From: Bacteroidota bacterium
Lineage (GTDB): Bacteria > Bacteroidota > Bacteroidia > NS11-12g > UBA9320
Assembly: GCA_002746305.1 (NCBI GenBank)
Contig: NVWV01000005.1
Span: 205,126 to 269,125 of the forward strand
Direction of reading: 5' to 3'
Length of the DNA stretch: 64,000 nt
Positions 17,648 through 28,147 of the stretch are shown in pieces. The notes under the pieces are model-generated. The model saw nothing but the letters and a program-made list of their open reading frames with translations. It did no database searches and was not told where the DNA came from. Numbering within the stretch: the stretch's first letter is position 1; each line of letters opens with the position of its first letter. Both the position numbers and the translations under genes were made by a program.

Positions 17648-20245
17648 CTATTCGTCCTCGTCTTTTAGAAGCCAGATTTTATCATCTTTGATTTCAAAAT
17701 CCACGTACTCCCTATCAAATATATTGTACCCTAAGATAATATTCTTAGACTGAATCATTTTGCATTTTACTTTCTTATACACCTTATCGTTAATCTTTAA
17801 TTCTTTAAGAGTGAAAGAAGTCCCAAATATTTTGGTTCCATCAGAAAGCTTTATCTTATCTCCACTGTCTCTAAAATCCTTGGCACTTAGTTTATTTGAC
17901 TTCATGAGTTGTTCCACTAGTGATTGAGGTATAAGAGTTCTTCTTTCCTCACCATTGTAGATGAACTTGATTTTTTTACGACCAATGTATCCGTATAAAT
18001 TATACACACCACCTCTGCCTTTTGTTAAAGGAATAAAATCATATTTAGCTAATAATTCTTCTTCAGCTTCTTTAACGAGTGTTATACTATCTTTAAGAGC
18101 TACTGCTCTCATAAAACTATCTATGTCACCTTTGGTTTTAGTTAAAAATTCTCGTTGTTTTCCTAAAAGGTAAGGACTGTATACAGAACCTTTTCCGTTC
18201 AGTGCATCATCATTTCTTTGAGCATAGTCAACCCCGATAGAAAGTACGTCAAAATTACAGTTTACAACCTTTACAGTTGTACGTCTGTTCTTTTGGTGAT
18301 CTTCATCACTACAATCAGATTTTACAGGGCCTTCACAAGGGCAATCAGTTACTAACTGGGATTCACCATAGCCTCTAGCTTCGAGTCGGAATGGATTAAT
18401 GCCACCTTTTTCTACTAAGAATTTTATTGCTTGATTTGCTCTTCTTTGTGATAAATCTAAATTGTACTCATACGAAGCTCTACAATCTGTATGTGATCCT
18501 AGTTCTACTGCCATTCTAGGGTATTTTTTAAGCGTTTTAATTAAATCATTTAATACAGGTTCAGCATCAGTTCTGATATAATCTTCGTTTAGGTCATAGT
18601 AGATAGGAAGAACGAAGACATCATTACAAGTGTTCTTCATACAAAAATCTTTTATATGTTGGCAATCCAATGAGTTTTCAACGCCCTTCGTACTTACGTA
18701 TTGTGGCTTGGCATCATAGTAATATGCATTTCTCTTAGAAACTTCAATGGTGTAATCCTTATTGATTCCTAAATCTGTTTCATAGTATCCTTTGTCGTCT
18801 GTTCTAAGTCTAATCTTACTAGAATCCACATTATTGCTAACTACAACAAGTGCATTTACAATTGCGGTTCCACTATCACAATCTGTAACTTGACCTTTAA
18901 GCTTACACTCAATAGGCTCCATATGAAATGAGAATATATCGTCTTGACTCTTGTTTCTGTTAGAGGTAAGATATCCATTTTCTTTGGTATCATCCATAAT
19001 AATTCCAAAATCATCACCTGAAGAATTTATTGGACTTTTCATGTTAGTAGGTACGTCCCAATCTGTTGGCCCCTCACCGGTTTTTGTAGTTTCAAAAATA
19101 TCTAGTCCACCAATACCTGGATGTCCGTCAGAAGCAAAGTAAAGAGAGCCGTCAGGGTGTGCATATGGAAACATCTCATTGTCTTCAGTATTAACATTTG
19201 GTCCTAAGTTAATAGGGGTACTCCAAGTTCTTCCTCTTCTCACAAATGTTACCATCCAAATGTCTTTAGTTTTTTCCAACGCATTGGTGTCTCCGTATCC
19301 CCCAGGTCTATCAGATGAGAAATACATAACCTTGTCATTGTTAGCTAATATCGGGTGGCCGTAGTTCCAATTATTATTTTCATCACCAGAACAAAAACTT
19401 AAAGGGTCGAGTGACATTTGCCATCCCTTGCCAGATTTTCGTGCTTCGTAAATCTTACACTTAGGCTCCTTACCCGAAACCCCATTGCACTGAGTAACGT
19501 ACATTTTGGACAAACGTCGATTAAAGGATATTGTCCCATCATTGTACTTTGTATTTAACCCCTCAACAAGTTCTGCTTTCTTCCATTTTTCAGATTTACC
19601 TCTTCCTCCACCTTTTTTTACTTGCCATACATCACTATGGCTTCTTAAAGTTCTAGAATATTGGGTTTTGCTGATTCCTTCTTGGCGATCAGAAGTGAAC
19701 ATTATTGTTTTCTTCTTTCTGTCAGCCCACATAGGGGAGAAATCATCTGCTTTTTTATCATTGGCAGGTTTAAAAGATTCAACTTTATATCTTGATTTTT
19801 CTTCTTTCCATGTTAAAGCTTTTTCGCAACCTTTAATCATAACTCCGACACGCTCATCTCCGGGCATTTCTTTTTGGAATTTTTTAAATTCTACTATAGC
19901 TACTTCATACTCACCAAGCTGCTTTTGCATTTGACCAATTCGGTAAATTACCTCTGGGTCTTTTGCACCATACTTTATGGCTTTAGTATAAAGTTTGATT
20001 GCCTTCTTTGGCTGATGATTAAACCTATAGCTTTCGGCACCTCTATAAGAAGCGGTTTGACGATCTTCCTTGGAAATATCCGGGTTACTGGCCAATTGAT
20101 CGTACATATCAGCAGAAATTGCATAATCTTTTTTATTCATGGCTTCGTTGGCCTTTTTCATAGTGGGGCCGCCACAACTAGCTAAAAGAATAATAAGACT
20201 GAAAGCTAAGAAAGCCCTCATAGAGTGATTTAATTTCAGATTCAT
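17648..20245 (-). CDS. OmpA-family protein with N-terminal TPR, WD40-like (PD40/TolB-like) repeats, an OmpA peptidoglycan-binding domain and an additional ~220-aa C-terminal extension
   Basis: Lipoprotein-type signal (LLASCGG). TPR-like helices and PD40-like repeats are present (FSPMWADRKKKTIMFTSDR, YFSSDRPGGYG, YFASDGHPGIGGLDIF). The OmpA domain motif is NLDLSQRRANQAIKFLVEKGGI…ARGYGES. The OmpA domain is not at the very C-terminus. Confidence 0.6.
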   Translation of the reverse strand: MNLKLNHSMRAFLAFSLIILLASCGGPTMKKANEAMNKKDYAISADMYDQLASNPDISKEDRQTASYRGAESYRFNHQPKKAIKLYTKAIKYGAKDPEVIYRIGQMQKQLGEYEVAIVEFKKFQKEMPGDERVGVMIKGCEKALTWKEEKSRYKVESFKPANDKKADDFSPMWADRKKKTIMFTSDRQEGISKTQYSRTLRSHSDVWQVKKGGGRGKSEKWKKAELVEGLNTKYNDGTISFNRRLSKMYVTQCNGVSGKEPKCKIYEARKSGKGWQMSLDPLSFCSGDENNNWNYGHPILANNDKVMYFSSDRPGGYGDTNALEKTKDIWMVTFVRRGRTWSTPINLGPNVNTEDNEMFPYAHPDGSLYFASDGHPGIGGLDIFETTKTGEGPTDWDVPTNMKSPINSSGDDFGIIMDDTKENGYLTSNRNKSQDDIFSFHMEPIECKLKGQVTDCDSGTAIVNALVVVSNNVDSSKIRLRTDDKGYYETDLGINKDYTIEVSKRNAYYYDAKPQYVSTKGVENSLDCQHIKDFCMKNTCNDVFVLPIYYDLNEDYIRTDAEPVLNDLIKTLKKYPRMAVELGSHTDCRASYEYNLDLSQRRANQAIKFLVEKGGINPFRLEARGYGESQLVTDCPCEGPVKSDCSDEDHQKNRRTTVKVVNCNFDVLSIGVDYAQRNDDALNGKGSVYSPYLLGKQREFLTKTKGDIDSFMRAVALKDSITLVKEAEEELLAKYDFIPLTKGRGGVYNLYGYIGRKKIKFIYNGEERRTLIPQSLVEQLMKSNKLSAKDFRDSGDKIKLSDGTKIFGTSFTLKELKINDKVYKKVKCKMIQSKNIILGYNIFDREYVDFEIKDDKIWLLKDEDE

Positions 20246-20380
20246 CGTTTATTAAGAACGTCAAAAATCTAAAATTCTGCTACCAAAAACAAATTAATCA
20301 TCGGATATAACTAAAAACCTTTCTGATTTCAAGGTAAAGAAACTCAGAAGGTTTCAGAAATGAGGTGTTATTTTATGTTA

Positions 20381-22546
20381 TTATTTGATGAACAATAATT
20401 CTCTGTATTTTGGCAATTGCCACATTCTATCATCAATAAGTTGTTCAAGTTTGTCTACATGGTAGCGAATATCATCAAAAGTTTCCTTCACGTTTCTATG
20501 ATAAGCAAGGGCCATTTTTTGAGAGTCTGTCTCATTATTTGCTTTTCTTCTCGCCTCAATCATTTTATCCGTTTTGGCTTTAGTTTCGTCAATGTGATAA
20601 GAAATTTCTGAAATCAAATCTTGTTGAGCTTTCCCAACAGTTAATTTAGAGTCTTTAAGTATCTTCACATTTTGAGCAAGGGATGTAAGATACTCAATAG
20701 ATGGAGGCATAATATAGGTGTAGACCAAGTCAGCAAGGATACGTCCTTCTATTTGGATCTTTTTGATGTAATCTTCGAGCATAACTTCTAAACGAGCGTG
20801 TAATTCTTCTTTCGTAAAGATGCCGTTATCTACAAAAGTAGAAATAGCCTGTTTGCTGATATAAGCACTTAATGCTTCCGCTGTGTTTTTAATATTACTA
20901 AGGCCACGTTTCTTTGCTTCGTTGGCCCATTCTTCACTATAGTTGTTTCCTTCAAATAGAATGTTTTGGGCACTTTTTAGTACAGACTTAAGTTCTTTAA
21001 TAATTGCGACTTTTTGTTCTGCACCTTTTGAAATAGCTTCGTCTACAGCCTTTTTGAATTGAATTAATTGATTTGCCACTGCACTGTTTAGTGCTGTTAT
21101 TGGTTGTGCCGAGTTAGTGGAGGAACCTACAGCCCTAAGTTCAAATTTATTGCCTGTAAAAGCGAATGGTGAAGTCCTGTTTCTGTCAGTATTGTCACGC
21201 ATAATTTCAGGAATTTTTCCAATGGTTATGGATTTTTTATCATCCTTATCGGAGACTGTTGAGTCTTCTAAAAACGCATTTAAAACATCTGTCAGTTTGG
21301 ATCCAATAAAGGCAGAAATGATTGCAGGAGGAGCTTCGTTTGCTCCAAGTCGATGATCATTAGACGCAGTAGCAATACTGGCTCGAATAATATCAGCATT
21401 ATCATGTAGGGCTTTTATGGTATTAATAAAAATGGTCAGGAACAAAAGATTTGAATTAGGATCGGAACCTGGAGATAGAAGGTTGACTCCTGTATTGGTA
21501 ATCAATGACCAGTTATTATGTTTCCCTGAACCATTTATTCCTGCAAACGGTTTTTCATGGAAAAGAACTCTGAAGTGATGCTTATGGGCAACTTGATCCA
21601 TCAAGTCCATTAATAATTGGTTGTGGTCAATAGCTAAATTTACATCTTCAAACATTGGAGCACACTCATACTGACCAGGTGCCACTTCGTTGTGTCTAGT
21701 TTTCAATGGAATGCCAAGCTTAGCTGCTTCCATTTCTACTTCAAACATATAGTTAAACACTCTGTCAGGAATAGACCCAAAATAGTGATCATCCATTTGT
21801 TGTCCCTTAGCGGGAGCATGACCAACAACGGTACGGCCACACATAACCAAGTCTGGACGAGCATTATAAAGAGCTTCATCTACCAAGAAATATTCTTGCT
21901 CTATGCCAAGGGAGGCTGTACAGGAAGAAACTTTTTTTAGGAAATACTTACAAATATCTGTTGCTGCTTTATCTATAAGGCTTATTGATTTAAGCAGGGG
22001 TGCTTTATAATCTAGAGCTTCACCATTATAAGAAACAAATACCGTAGGGATGCATAGTGTTCTACCCGTTGTATTTTCATGGATAAAGGCTGGAGAAGAA
22101 GGGTCCCAAGCTGTGTACCCTCGGGCTTCAAATGTATTTCTCAATCCACCATTTGGTAGACTTGAAGCATCGGGTTCTTGTTGAACAAGTGAACCAGCAG
22201 AGAATTTTTCCACCGCTTTGCCGTTCTTTGGTTCCCAAAAAGAATCATGCTTTTCTGCAGTAGACCCAGTAAGTGGTTGGAACCAATGTGTATAATGAGA
22301 TGCACCCTTGCTAAGAGCCCATCTTTTCATACCTGCAGCTACATGTTCTGCCATTTTTCTATTGATGGTCTTTCCATCATTTATAGAGTTGCTTACAGAC
22401 TCGTAAGCTTCTTTACTAAGAAAGTCTCGCATGGCAGTATCATCAAAAACATTTGAATTATAAAGCTCTGTGAATGAAATGTTTCCTTTATAGGAAAACT
22501 TGTTTTTTCGGGATGTTGCCGTTTTTAGGGCTTGACTACGCATCAT
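20381..22546 (-). CDS. Glutamine synthetase type III (GSIII)
   Basis: Size is ~721 aa. The N-terminal region (FSYKGNISFTELYNSNVFDD) and catalytic core are characteristic of the GlnN/GSIII family used by Bacteroidota. Confidence 0.7.
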   Translation of the reverse strand: MMRSQALKTATSRKNKFSYKGNISFTELYNSNVFDDTAMRDFLSKEAYESVSNSINDGKTINRKMAEHVAAGMKRWALSKGASHYTHWFQPLTGSTAEKHDSFWEPKNGKAVEKFSAGSLVQQEPDASSLPNGGLRNTFEARGYTAWDPSSPAFIHENTTGRTLCIPTVFVSYNGEALDYKAPLLKSISLIDKAATDICKYFLKKVSSCTASLGIEQEYFLVDEALYNARPDLVMCGRTVVGHAPAKGQQMDDHYFGSIPDRVFNYMFEVEMEAAKLGIPLKTRHNEVAPGQYECAPMFEDVNLAIDHNQLLMDLMDQVAHKHHFRVLFHEKPFAGINGSGKHNNWSLITNTGVNLLSPGSDPNSNLLFLTIFINTIKALHDNADIIRASIATASNDHRLGANEAPPAIISAFIGSKLTDVLNAFLEDSTVSDKDDKKSITIGKIPEIMRDNTDRNRTSPFAFTGNKFELRAVGSSTNSAQPITALNSAVANQLIQFKKAVDEAISKGAEQKVAIIKELKSVLKSAQNILFEGNNYSEEWANEAKKRGLSNIKNTAEALSAYISKQAISTFVDNGIFTKEELHARLEVMLEDYIKKIQIEGRILADLVYTYIMPPSIEYLTSLAQNVKILKDSKLTVGKAQQDLISEISYHIDETKAKTDKMIEARRKANNETDSQKMALAYHRNVKETFDDIRYHVDKLEQLIDDRMWQLPKYRELLFIK

Positions 22547-22634
22547 TAGGTCGAATTTGAATGCAAAAATATTTTTTTGACCCGTTTTGACCTAAATAAG
22601 ATGGCTTTTTGTGAATAAAATCACAAAAAAGGAA

Positions 22635-23723
22635 TTATAAGCCTCCGGCTTTTAGTTTTTCGGCATTTTCAGCCATTTTTAAAGCGTCTATTAATTCAGA
22701 AATATCGCCGTTCATTACACCATTCAAGTTATACAGGGTTAAGTTAATACGGTGATCAGTAACTCTACCTTGTGGATAGTTGTAAGTTCTAATTTTTGCA
22801 GAACGGTCTCCTGTAGAGACCATAGTCTTACGCTGGGCAGCAATATCCCCATTTCTTTTAATTAATTCAATATCATAAAGCTTTGCTCGAATCATATCCA
22901 TGGCTATCTCTCTATTGGCCAATTGAGATCTAGCCTGAGAACAAACGACAACAATGCCAGATGGCTTATGAGTAAGTTGTACTTTGGTTTCTACTTTATT
23001 TACATTTTGACCCCCAGCTCCACCAGAACGCGAAGTTTGCATGTCAATATCAGCAGGGTTAATCTGTAAATCTATTTCTTCAACTTCGGGAAGAATAGCT
23101 ACCGTGGCTGCAGAAGTATGTACCCTCCCTTGCGTTTCTGTGTCAGGCACTCGCTGTACCCGGTGTACTCCTGCCTCAAATTTGAGAGTGCCAAAAATTT
23201 CTGCCCCTTCCACTTTAATGATGATTTCTTTAAAACCCCCAGCCGTGCCCTCAGTGACATCCATTATTTCATGTTTCCAGCCTTTAGTATCAAAGAATTT
23301 GGAGTACATACGGAACAAATCACCTGCGAAAAGGCTTGCTTCATCACCCCCAGCTCCTGCACGAATCTCTACCATCGCGTTCTTATCATCTTCAGGATCT
23401 TTTGGGATAAGGAGGAGTTTAATTTCTTCCTCTAATGGACCCTGTCGGGAGGTTAGTGTTTCAAACTCTTCTTTGGCAAGTTCCTTCATTTCTGGATCAT
23501 CGCTAATTTCGAGCATTTCTTTGGCTTCTTTCAGGTTGCCAATTAGGTTTTTGTATTCAAAGTAATGCTCAACTATTTGTTTGAGATCGCTATACTCTTT
23601 GTTAAGCTTCGTAAATTGCTTCATGTCCGAAGCTATCTCTGGGCTACTGAGTAAAAGTTCTACTTCTTTAAAACGTGCGTGTATTCCCTCTAATGTTTCG
23701 AGCATGATTTTATTAGACGACAA
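22635..23723 (-). CDS. prfA: Peptide chain release factor 1
   Basis: The GGQ motif is [17 protein letters not shown] PxT-type tripeptide region ([18 protein letters not shown]) fits RF1 rather than RF2 (SPF). Length is 362 aa. Confidence 0.8.
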   Translation of the reverse strand: MSSNKIMLETLEGIHARFKEVELLLSSPEIASDMKQFTKLNKEYSDLKQIVEHYFEYKNLIGNLKEAKEMLEISDDPEMKELAKEEFETLTSRQGPLEEEIKLLLIPKDPEDDKNAMVEIRAGAGGDEASLFAGDLFRMYSKFFDTKGWKHEIMDVTEGTAGGFKEIIIKVEGAEIFGTLKFEAGVHRVQRVPDTETQGRVHTSAATVAILPEVEEIDLQINPADIDMQTSRSGGAGGQNVNKVETKVQLTHKPSGIVVVCSQARSQLANREIAMDMIRAKLYDIELIKRNGDIAAQRKTMVSTGDRSAKIRTYNYPQGRVTDHRINLTLYNLNGVMNGDISELIDALKMAENAEKLKAGGL

Positions 23724-23729
23724 AAATAT

Positions 23730-24521
23730 CTAATACTCTGTAGGGTAAGAAATTATTTTGTTCTTGGTGAAATATGTTAGCTTATTTTGATAAAAGCTAA
23801 AAGATGTGTTTTTGGGGAGATTTGAATGGATAGTTAATGGTTCTCTTAACAATTTGTTATAGCTAATAAGCTTTTCTTCCTGCTTGAAAAATAACATCCC
23901 TTTTGTACTGGACACCGCTTTGGTATTCTTGATATAGTATGTTTTGGAGTATGTTGCATAAATGTCGAACTGATATACCCCAACCAATGAATCTGCGATG
24001 TATACTGAATTGTTTATATCCCATATCTTATAGGTGTTTAGTTCTTGATTTAATACATTATTTAAGAATGGTGACTCTGCAATTATTTCTCCTTTCTTGT
24101 TGATTTTCAGTAATTTATATTGAGAAAGATCAACGATCCAAATATTGTTATCAAATGATCTAGAAATACAAGATACGTTGTTAAAGTAATAATCATTTAG
24201 ACGTAACTCACCACGTACATTGAGCATATTGTCATAAAATACAATGATATTTTGATCTTGATAGAAGGCATATATTTCAAATGGATTTGAACAGTCTATT
24301 GAAGTTAATTCACCATAAGACTTTATATTTACATTCGTAATGAGCTTACCTTTAACATCATATTTGAAAAGTGTAAATGCCTTGTCTGCAACGAAATAGT
24401 TTCCCTTTACGTCTACGTCAAAACAGGAAATAGCCTCAACTTCGGTTAGAATCAGAGTGTCCTGAGCAACTGCTTGTATAGCAGTAAACCAACTAATCGT
24501 TATAAGTATGTAGCGAAACAT
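23730..24521 (-). CDS. Hypothetical secreted protein
   Basis: The signal peptide is MFRYILITISWFTAIQAVAQ. No recognisable motif. It overlaps the lpxH-like gene by 29 nt (same strand). Confidence 0.35.
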   Translation of the reverse strand: MFRYILITISWFTAIQAVAQDTLILTEVEAISCFDVDVKGNYFVADKAFTLFKYDVKGKLITNVNIKSYGELTSIDCSNPFEIYAFYQDQNIIVFYDNMLNVRGELRLNDYYFNNVSCISRSFDNNIWIVDLSQYKLLKINKKGEIIAESPFLNNVLNQELNTYKIWDINNSVYIADSLVGVYQFDIYATYSKTYYIKNTKAVSSTKGMLFFKQEEKLISYNKLLREPLTIHSNLPKNTSFSFYQNKLTYFTKNKIISYPTEY

Positions 24522-25236
24522 TATTGTCTTCTAAAACAGCATACGTGAATTTAGTAATCCAATCACCTAGGTTTATTAAACGTGTATTATTATTTAATGG
24601 TATATCCATTGGTTTATGCCTGTGACCAAATATGTAAAAGTCAATTTCGTTGTTGCTAGCGTGGTCCATAGCAAACTGATATTGATATTCCTGTTCTAAT
24701 GGGATATCAATATCATCTTTCACACTGTTCTTTTTTCTGCTCGAAACTGACAAAAGTTTCGCAAGACCAATACCGAAATTTGGATGTAGCCTATGAAATA
24801 ACCAAATTGCCCATCTACTTCTAAACAATTTTCGGATAAATTTATAGCTGATTTCACCTTTCCAAAGTGCGTCACCGTGGTGCAAATAGAATCTAGTCTT
24901 GTCAATAGTGATAAGCAATTCCTCATCTATAACTTCTAGGCCAACTTCCTTATTTAAGTATTCAAAAGTCCACATATCATGGTTGCCTTTGAAAAAATAA
25001 ATTTTAATGCCCCTATCCGTCATGGTTGCTAGTTTACCTAACAAACGTGCGTAGTACTTGGGAATAACAGTATTGTATTCGTACCAAAAGTCAAAGATAT
25101 CCCCCATTAAAAATAAGGTATCGCAATCAGACTCAATTTGATTGAGCCACCGTACTACTTTTTTTTCACGCAAGAGAGACTCCTCATAATTAGGAACACC
25201 TAAGTGAAAATCCGATGCAAAGTATACCTTACCCAT
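24493..25236 (-). CDS. lpxH: UDP-2,3-diacylglucosamine diphosphatase-like calcineurin-type metallophosphoesterase (LpxH family)
   Basis: The DxH (FASDFHLG), GD (LFLMGDIFDFW) and GNHD (FFKGNHDMW) motifs are in LpxH order. Length is 247 aa. Confidence 0.55.
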   Translation of the reverse strand: MGKVYFASDFHLGVPNYEESLLREKKVVRWLNQIESDCDTLFLMGDIFDFWYEYNTVIPKYYARLLGKLATMTDRGIKIYFFKGNHDMWTFEYLNKEVGLEVIDEELLITIDKTRFYLHHGDALWKGEISYKFIRKLFRSRWAIWLFHRLHPNFGIGLAKLLSVSSRKKNSVKDDIDIPLEQEYQYQFAMDHASNNEIDFYIFGHRHKPMDIPLNNNTRLINLGDWITKFTYAVLEDNNVSLHTYND

Positions 25237-25260
25237 TATTCTTAATACGAAGTTACAAGT

Positions 25261-28056
25261 TTAATGAGCCTCAAGCCAATTGTCTCCATGTCCAGCTTCT
25301 GCAATTACTGGAACCTTAAGAGGCATAGCATTTTCCATTTCTTCCTTAATAACTGCTGTGATTTCCTCTAACTCAGCTTTTGGAACATCAAAAAGTAATT
25401 CATCATGGACTTGAAGTAGCATTCTTGTGCCAATGTCCATTTTGCTGAAGCGATTATGAATATTAATCATGGCTAATTTTATCATGTCTGCAGCACTGCC
25501 TTGGATAGGAGCATTTATTGCGTTTCGTTCTGCAAAACCCACAACCGTTTGATTACTAGAATTTATATCTGGGATAAACCGTTTTCTGCCCATTATTGTT
25601 TTTACAAAACCGTTGTCTCTACAAAACTTGATTGTATCGTCCATATATTGTTTAACTCCACCAAATTGCTCAAAATATGCATCAATTAGGTCCTTAGCCT
25701 CTCCTCTTTTTATACCTAGGTTTTGTGAAAGACCAAAAGCTCCTTGGCCATATATCAAACCAAAGTTTACACTTTTGGCTTTATACCGTTGCTCTTTAGT
25801 GACATCTTGTACTTCAATACCAAAAACCTTAGCGGCTGTAGCCACATGAATGTCAACACCTGCATGGAAAGCCTCCATCATTCCCTGGTCTTCGGCCACA
25901 GATGCGACTATTCTAAGCTCAATCTGTGAGTAATCTACTGCAAGCAGGGTGTGATTGTCATCTCTTGGTACAAATGCCTTTCGAATCTCCTTGCCCATAT
26001 CCGTTCGAATTGGAATGTTCTGTAGATTAGGGTTCGTACTACTTAATCTACCTGTTGCTGCTACAGCTTGAGCATAATTAGTATGCACTCTTCCCGTTTT
26101 AGGGTGTATCAATTTTGGCAATGCATCTACATATGTAGAACGAAGTTTATTGACTTTTCTATAGTCAACTATTTTGCTAACTATCTCGTGATCCCCAGCT
26201 AACTTTTGTAAGGTTGCTTCATCCGTTTTGTATTGTCCCGTTTTAGTCTTCTTTGCCTTGGAGTCGATTTTCATATGGTCAAAGAGTACCTCCCCCATCT
26301 GTTTAGGACTAGCAATATTGAAATTCGCTCCAGATATTTCAAAAATGGTTTTCTCGAGGTCTTTTGACATTCCCTCAAGTTCCTTCGAGTAGTCATTTAA
26401 AAAATCGGCATCAATGCGAATTCCTTCCATTTCCATTGCGGAAAGCACAGGTACAAGCGGCATTTCAAGACGTTGCATTAAGTGAGCTACTTGCTTGTCC
26501 ATAAGCTCTTTATGTAGCTTCCCTTTAAGTTGAAATGTAACATCTGCATCTTCAGATGCATATTCCGTAGCCTTGTCCAAGGGAACATCTCTAAAGTTAA
26601 GCTGGTTCTTACCTTTCTTACCAATTAATTCAGTAATAGAAACTGGTTTATAATTCAAATATTTCTCAGAAAGAATATCCATGCTATGCCTTCCATCTGG
26701 ATTTGTAAGATAGTGAGCTAACATAGTATCGAACTGTGGTCCAGCTATGTGAATATCATATTTCAAAAGTACTTTTAAGTCATACTTTAAATTCTGTGCT
26801 ATTTTTTCAATGTTTAAATCATTGAAAAGGTGTTTGAATTCTCCAAGAATTGCCTTGGTTTCTTCAAAGTTGTTAGGCATATTTACATAGTATGCTTTGC
26901 TATTTTCATACGAAATGGCAAGACCTAGAACTTCGGCATCCATTTCTTCCAAAGAAGTAGTTTCCGTATCAAAACAGAAAGACTTTTGTTTTTCTAATTC
27001 GCTGATTAAAAATTTTCTTTTGTCTTGGCTATCAATTAATTGATAGTCGTGTTTTGTGTTGGATATATCTTTTAGTTCGATTAGAGTTTCGTCTTTCTCT
27101 GCAATTAAAGGTGAGCTAGCAGTGGCTGAACTACTTGGGGCAAACAAATCCCCTTGAATTGAGACAGAAGCACTCATAGTTTCTTTGAAAACACGCTTAG
27201 TTAACGTCCTAAATTCAAGTTCTGTAAAGAGCTGATTAATTCTCTCTTTATTAGGTTCTTCTAGAATGAGAGACTCCTCATTAAACTCTACAGGAACGTC
27301 AGTTATAATTGTAGCCAAGTGTTTTGACAAGTATGCTTGCTCCTTATTATCTTCTATTCTCTCACGGAGTTTGCCCTTTAACTTATCTGTGTTTTCATAG
27401 ATAGCATCCATACTGCCAAATTCCTTTAAAAGCTTGGAGGCCGTTTTGGCTCCAACCCCTGGAACCCCTGGAATATTGTCTACTGCATCTCCCATTAGAC
27501 CAAGATAATCAATGATTTGTTCTGTTCTATCTAGACCAAACTTCTCACAGACTTCCGCAGGACCCATAATCTCAGGAGGATTACCCCCTCTAGCGGGTTT
27601 GAACATTAGAATTTTATCCGTTACAGCCTGACCAAAATCCTTATCAGGAGTCATCATATAGGTTATATAACCTTCTTTCTCAGCTCTGGTCGCAAGTGTT
27701 ACAATTACGTCATCCGCCTCGTAGCCTGCTTTTTCTATTATTGGGATATTGAATGCGTCTATTATTTGTCGAATAAAGGGTTCAGAACGTTTAATATCTT
27801 CTGGGGTCTCATCTCTATTTGCTTTGTACAGTGGATATTCCTTTTTTCTGATGTTTTCTGACTTATGGTCAAAACATACTGCAATATGAGTTGGATTATA
27901 CTTTTCTAATATTTCTAAAAGTGTGGTAGTAAAGCCAAATATAGCATTGGTATTCAGACCGTAAGAAGTGATTCTTGGGTTTTTTATAAAAGCATAATAC
28001 GAACGGAATATGAGTGCATAAGCATCAAGAAGGAATAGTTTTTTTTCGGATGACAT
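25261..28056 (-). CDS. polA: DNA polymerase I (5'-3' exonuclease, 3'-5' exo-like and polymerase domains)
   Basis: Length is 931 aa. The 5'-nuclease N-terminus (LFLLDAYALIFRSYYAF), and C-terminal family-A motifs (RRxxKxxNFGxxYG-like RYKAKSVNFGLIYG; motif C QVHDELLFDV). Confidence 0.9.
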   Translation of the reverse strand: MSSEKKLFLLDAYALIFRSYYAFIKNPRITSYGLNTNAIFGFTTTLLEILEKYNPTHIAVCFDHKSENIRKKEYPLYKANRDETPEDIKRSEPFIRQIIDAFNIPIIEKAGYEADDVIVTLATRAEKEGYITYMMTPDKDFGQAVTDKILMFKPARGGNPPEIMGPAEVCEKFGLDRTEQIIDYLGLMGDAVDNIPGVPGVGAKTASKLLKEFGSMDAIYENTDKLKGKLRERIEDNKEQAYLSKHLATIITDVPVEFNEESLILEEPNKERINQLFTELEFRTLTKRVFKETMSASVSIQGDLFAPSSSATASSPLIAEKDETLIELKDISNTKHDYQLIDSQDKRKFLISELEKQKSFCFDTETTSLEEMDAEVLGLAISYENSKAYYVNMPNNFEETKAILGEFKHLFNDLNIEKIAQNLKYDLKVLLKYDIHIAGPQFDTMLAHYLTNPDGRHSMDILSEKYLNYKPVSITELIGKKGKNQLNFRDVPLDKATEYASEDADVTFQLKGKLHKELMDKQVAHLMQRLEMPLVPVLSAMEMEGIRIDADFLNDYSKELEGMSKDLEKTIFEISGANFNIASPKQMGEVLFDHMKIDSKAKKTKTGQYKTDEATLQKLAGDHEIVSKIVDYRKVNKLRSTYVDALPKLIHPKTGRVHTNYAQAVAATGRLSSTNPNLQNIPIRTDMGKEIRKAFVPRDDNHTLLAVDYSQIELRIVASVAEDQGMMEAFHAGVDIHVATAAKVFGIEVQDVTKEQRYKAKSVNFGLIYGQGAFGLSQNLGIKRGEAKDLIDAYFEQFGGVKQYMDDTIKFCRDNGFVKTIMGRKRFIPDINSSNQTVVGFAERNAINAPIQGSAADMIKLAMINIHNRFSKMDIGTRMLLQVHDELLFDVPKAELEEITAVIKEEMENAMPLKVPVIAEAGHGDNWLEAH

Positions 28057-28147
28057 GGTTGTTCGGTCAAAAGTAAATTAAAATTGGGTTAATCATAATA
28101 GAACTACCTCACTCAAAATTTTACCTTTGTCCATATTTTGATTTGAA

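Noticed and set aside
19506-20185. 142-aa and 103-aa plus-strand ORFs within the OmpA-family gene
   Set aside because: They are antisense to a long gene with recognisable TPR/PD40/OmpA motifs. No signal or motif was seen in the shadow ORFs.
20290-20380. Imperfect inverted repeat AAACCTTTCTGATTTC…GAAACTCAGAAGGTTT downstream of the GSIII gene as a terminator
   Set aside because: The arms are imperfect and the flanking U-run on the minus strand is weak. It may still be a terminator but is too uncertain to list as a feature.
23041-23565. 174-aa and 105-aa plus-strand ORFs inside prfA
   Set aside because: They are antisense to a well-supported release-factor gene (GGQ motif present). Their Ser-rich composition is a mirror-frame artefact.
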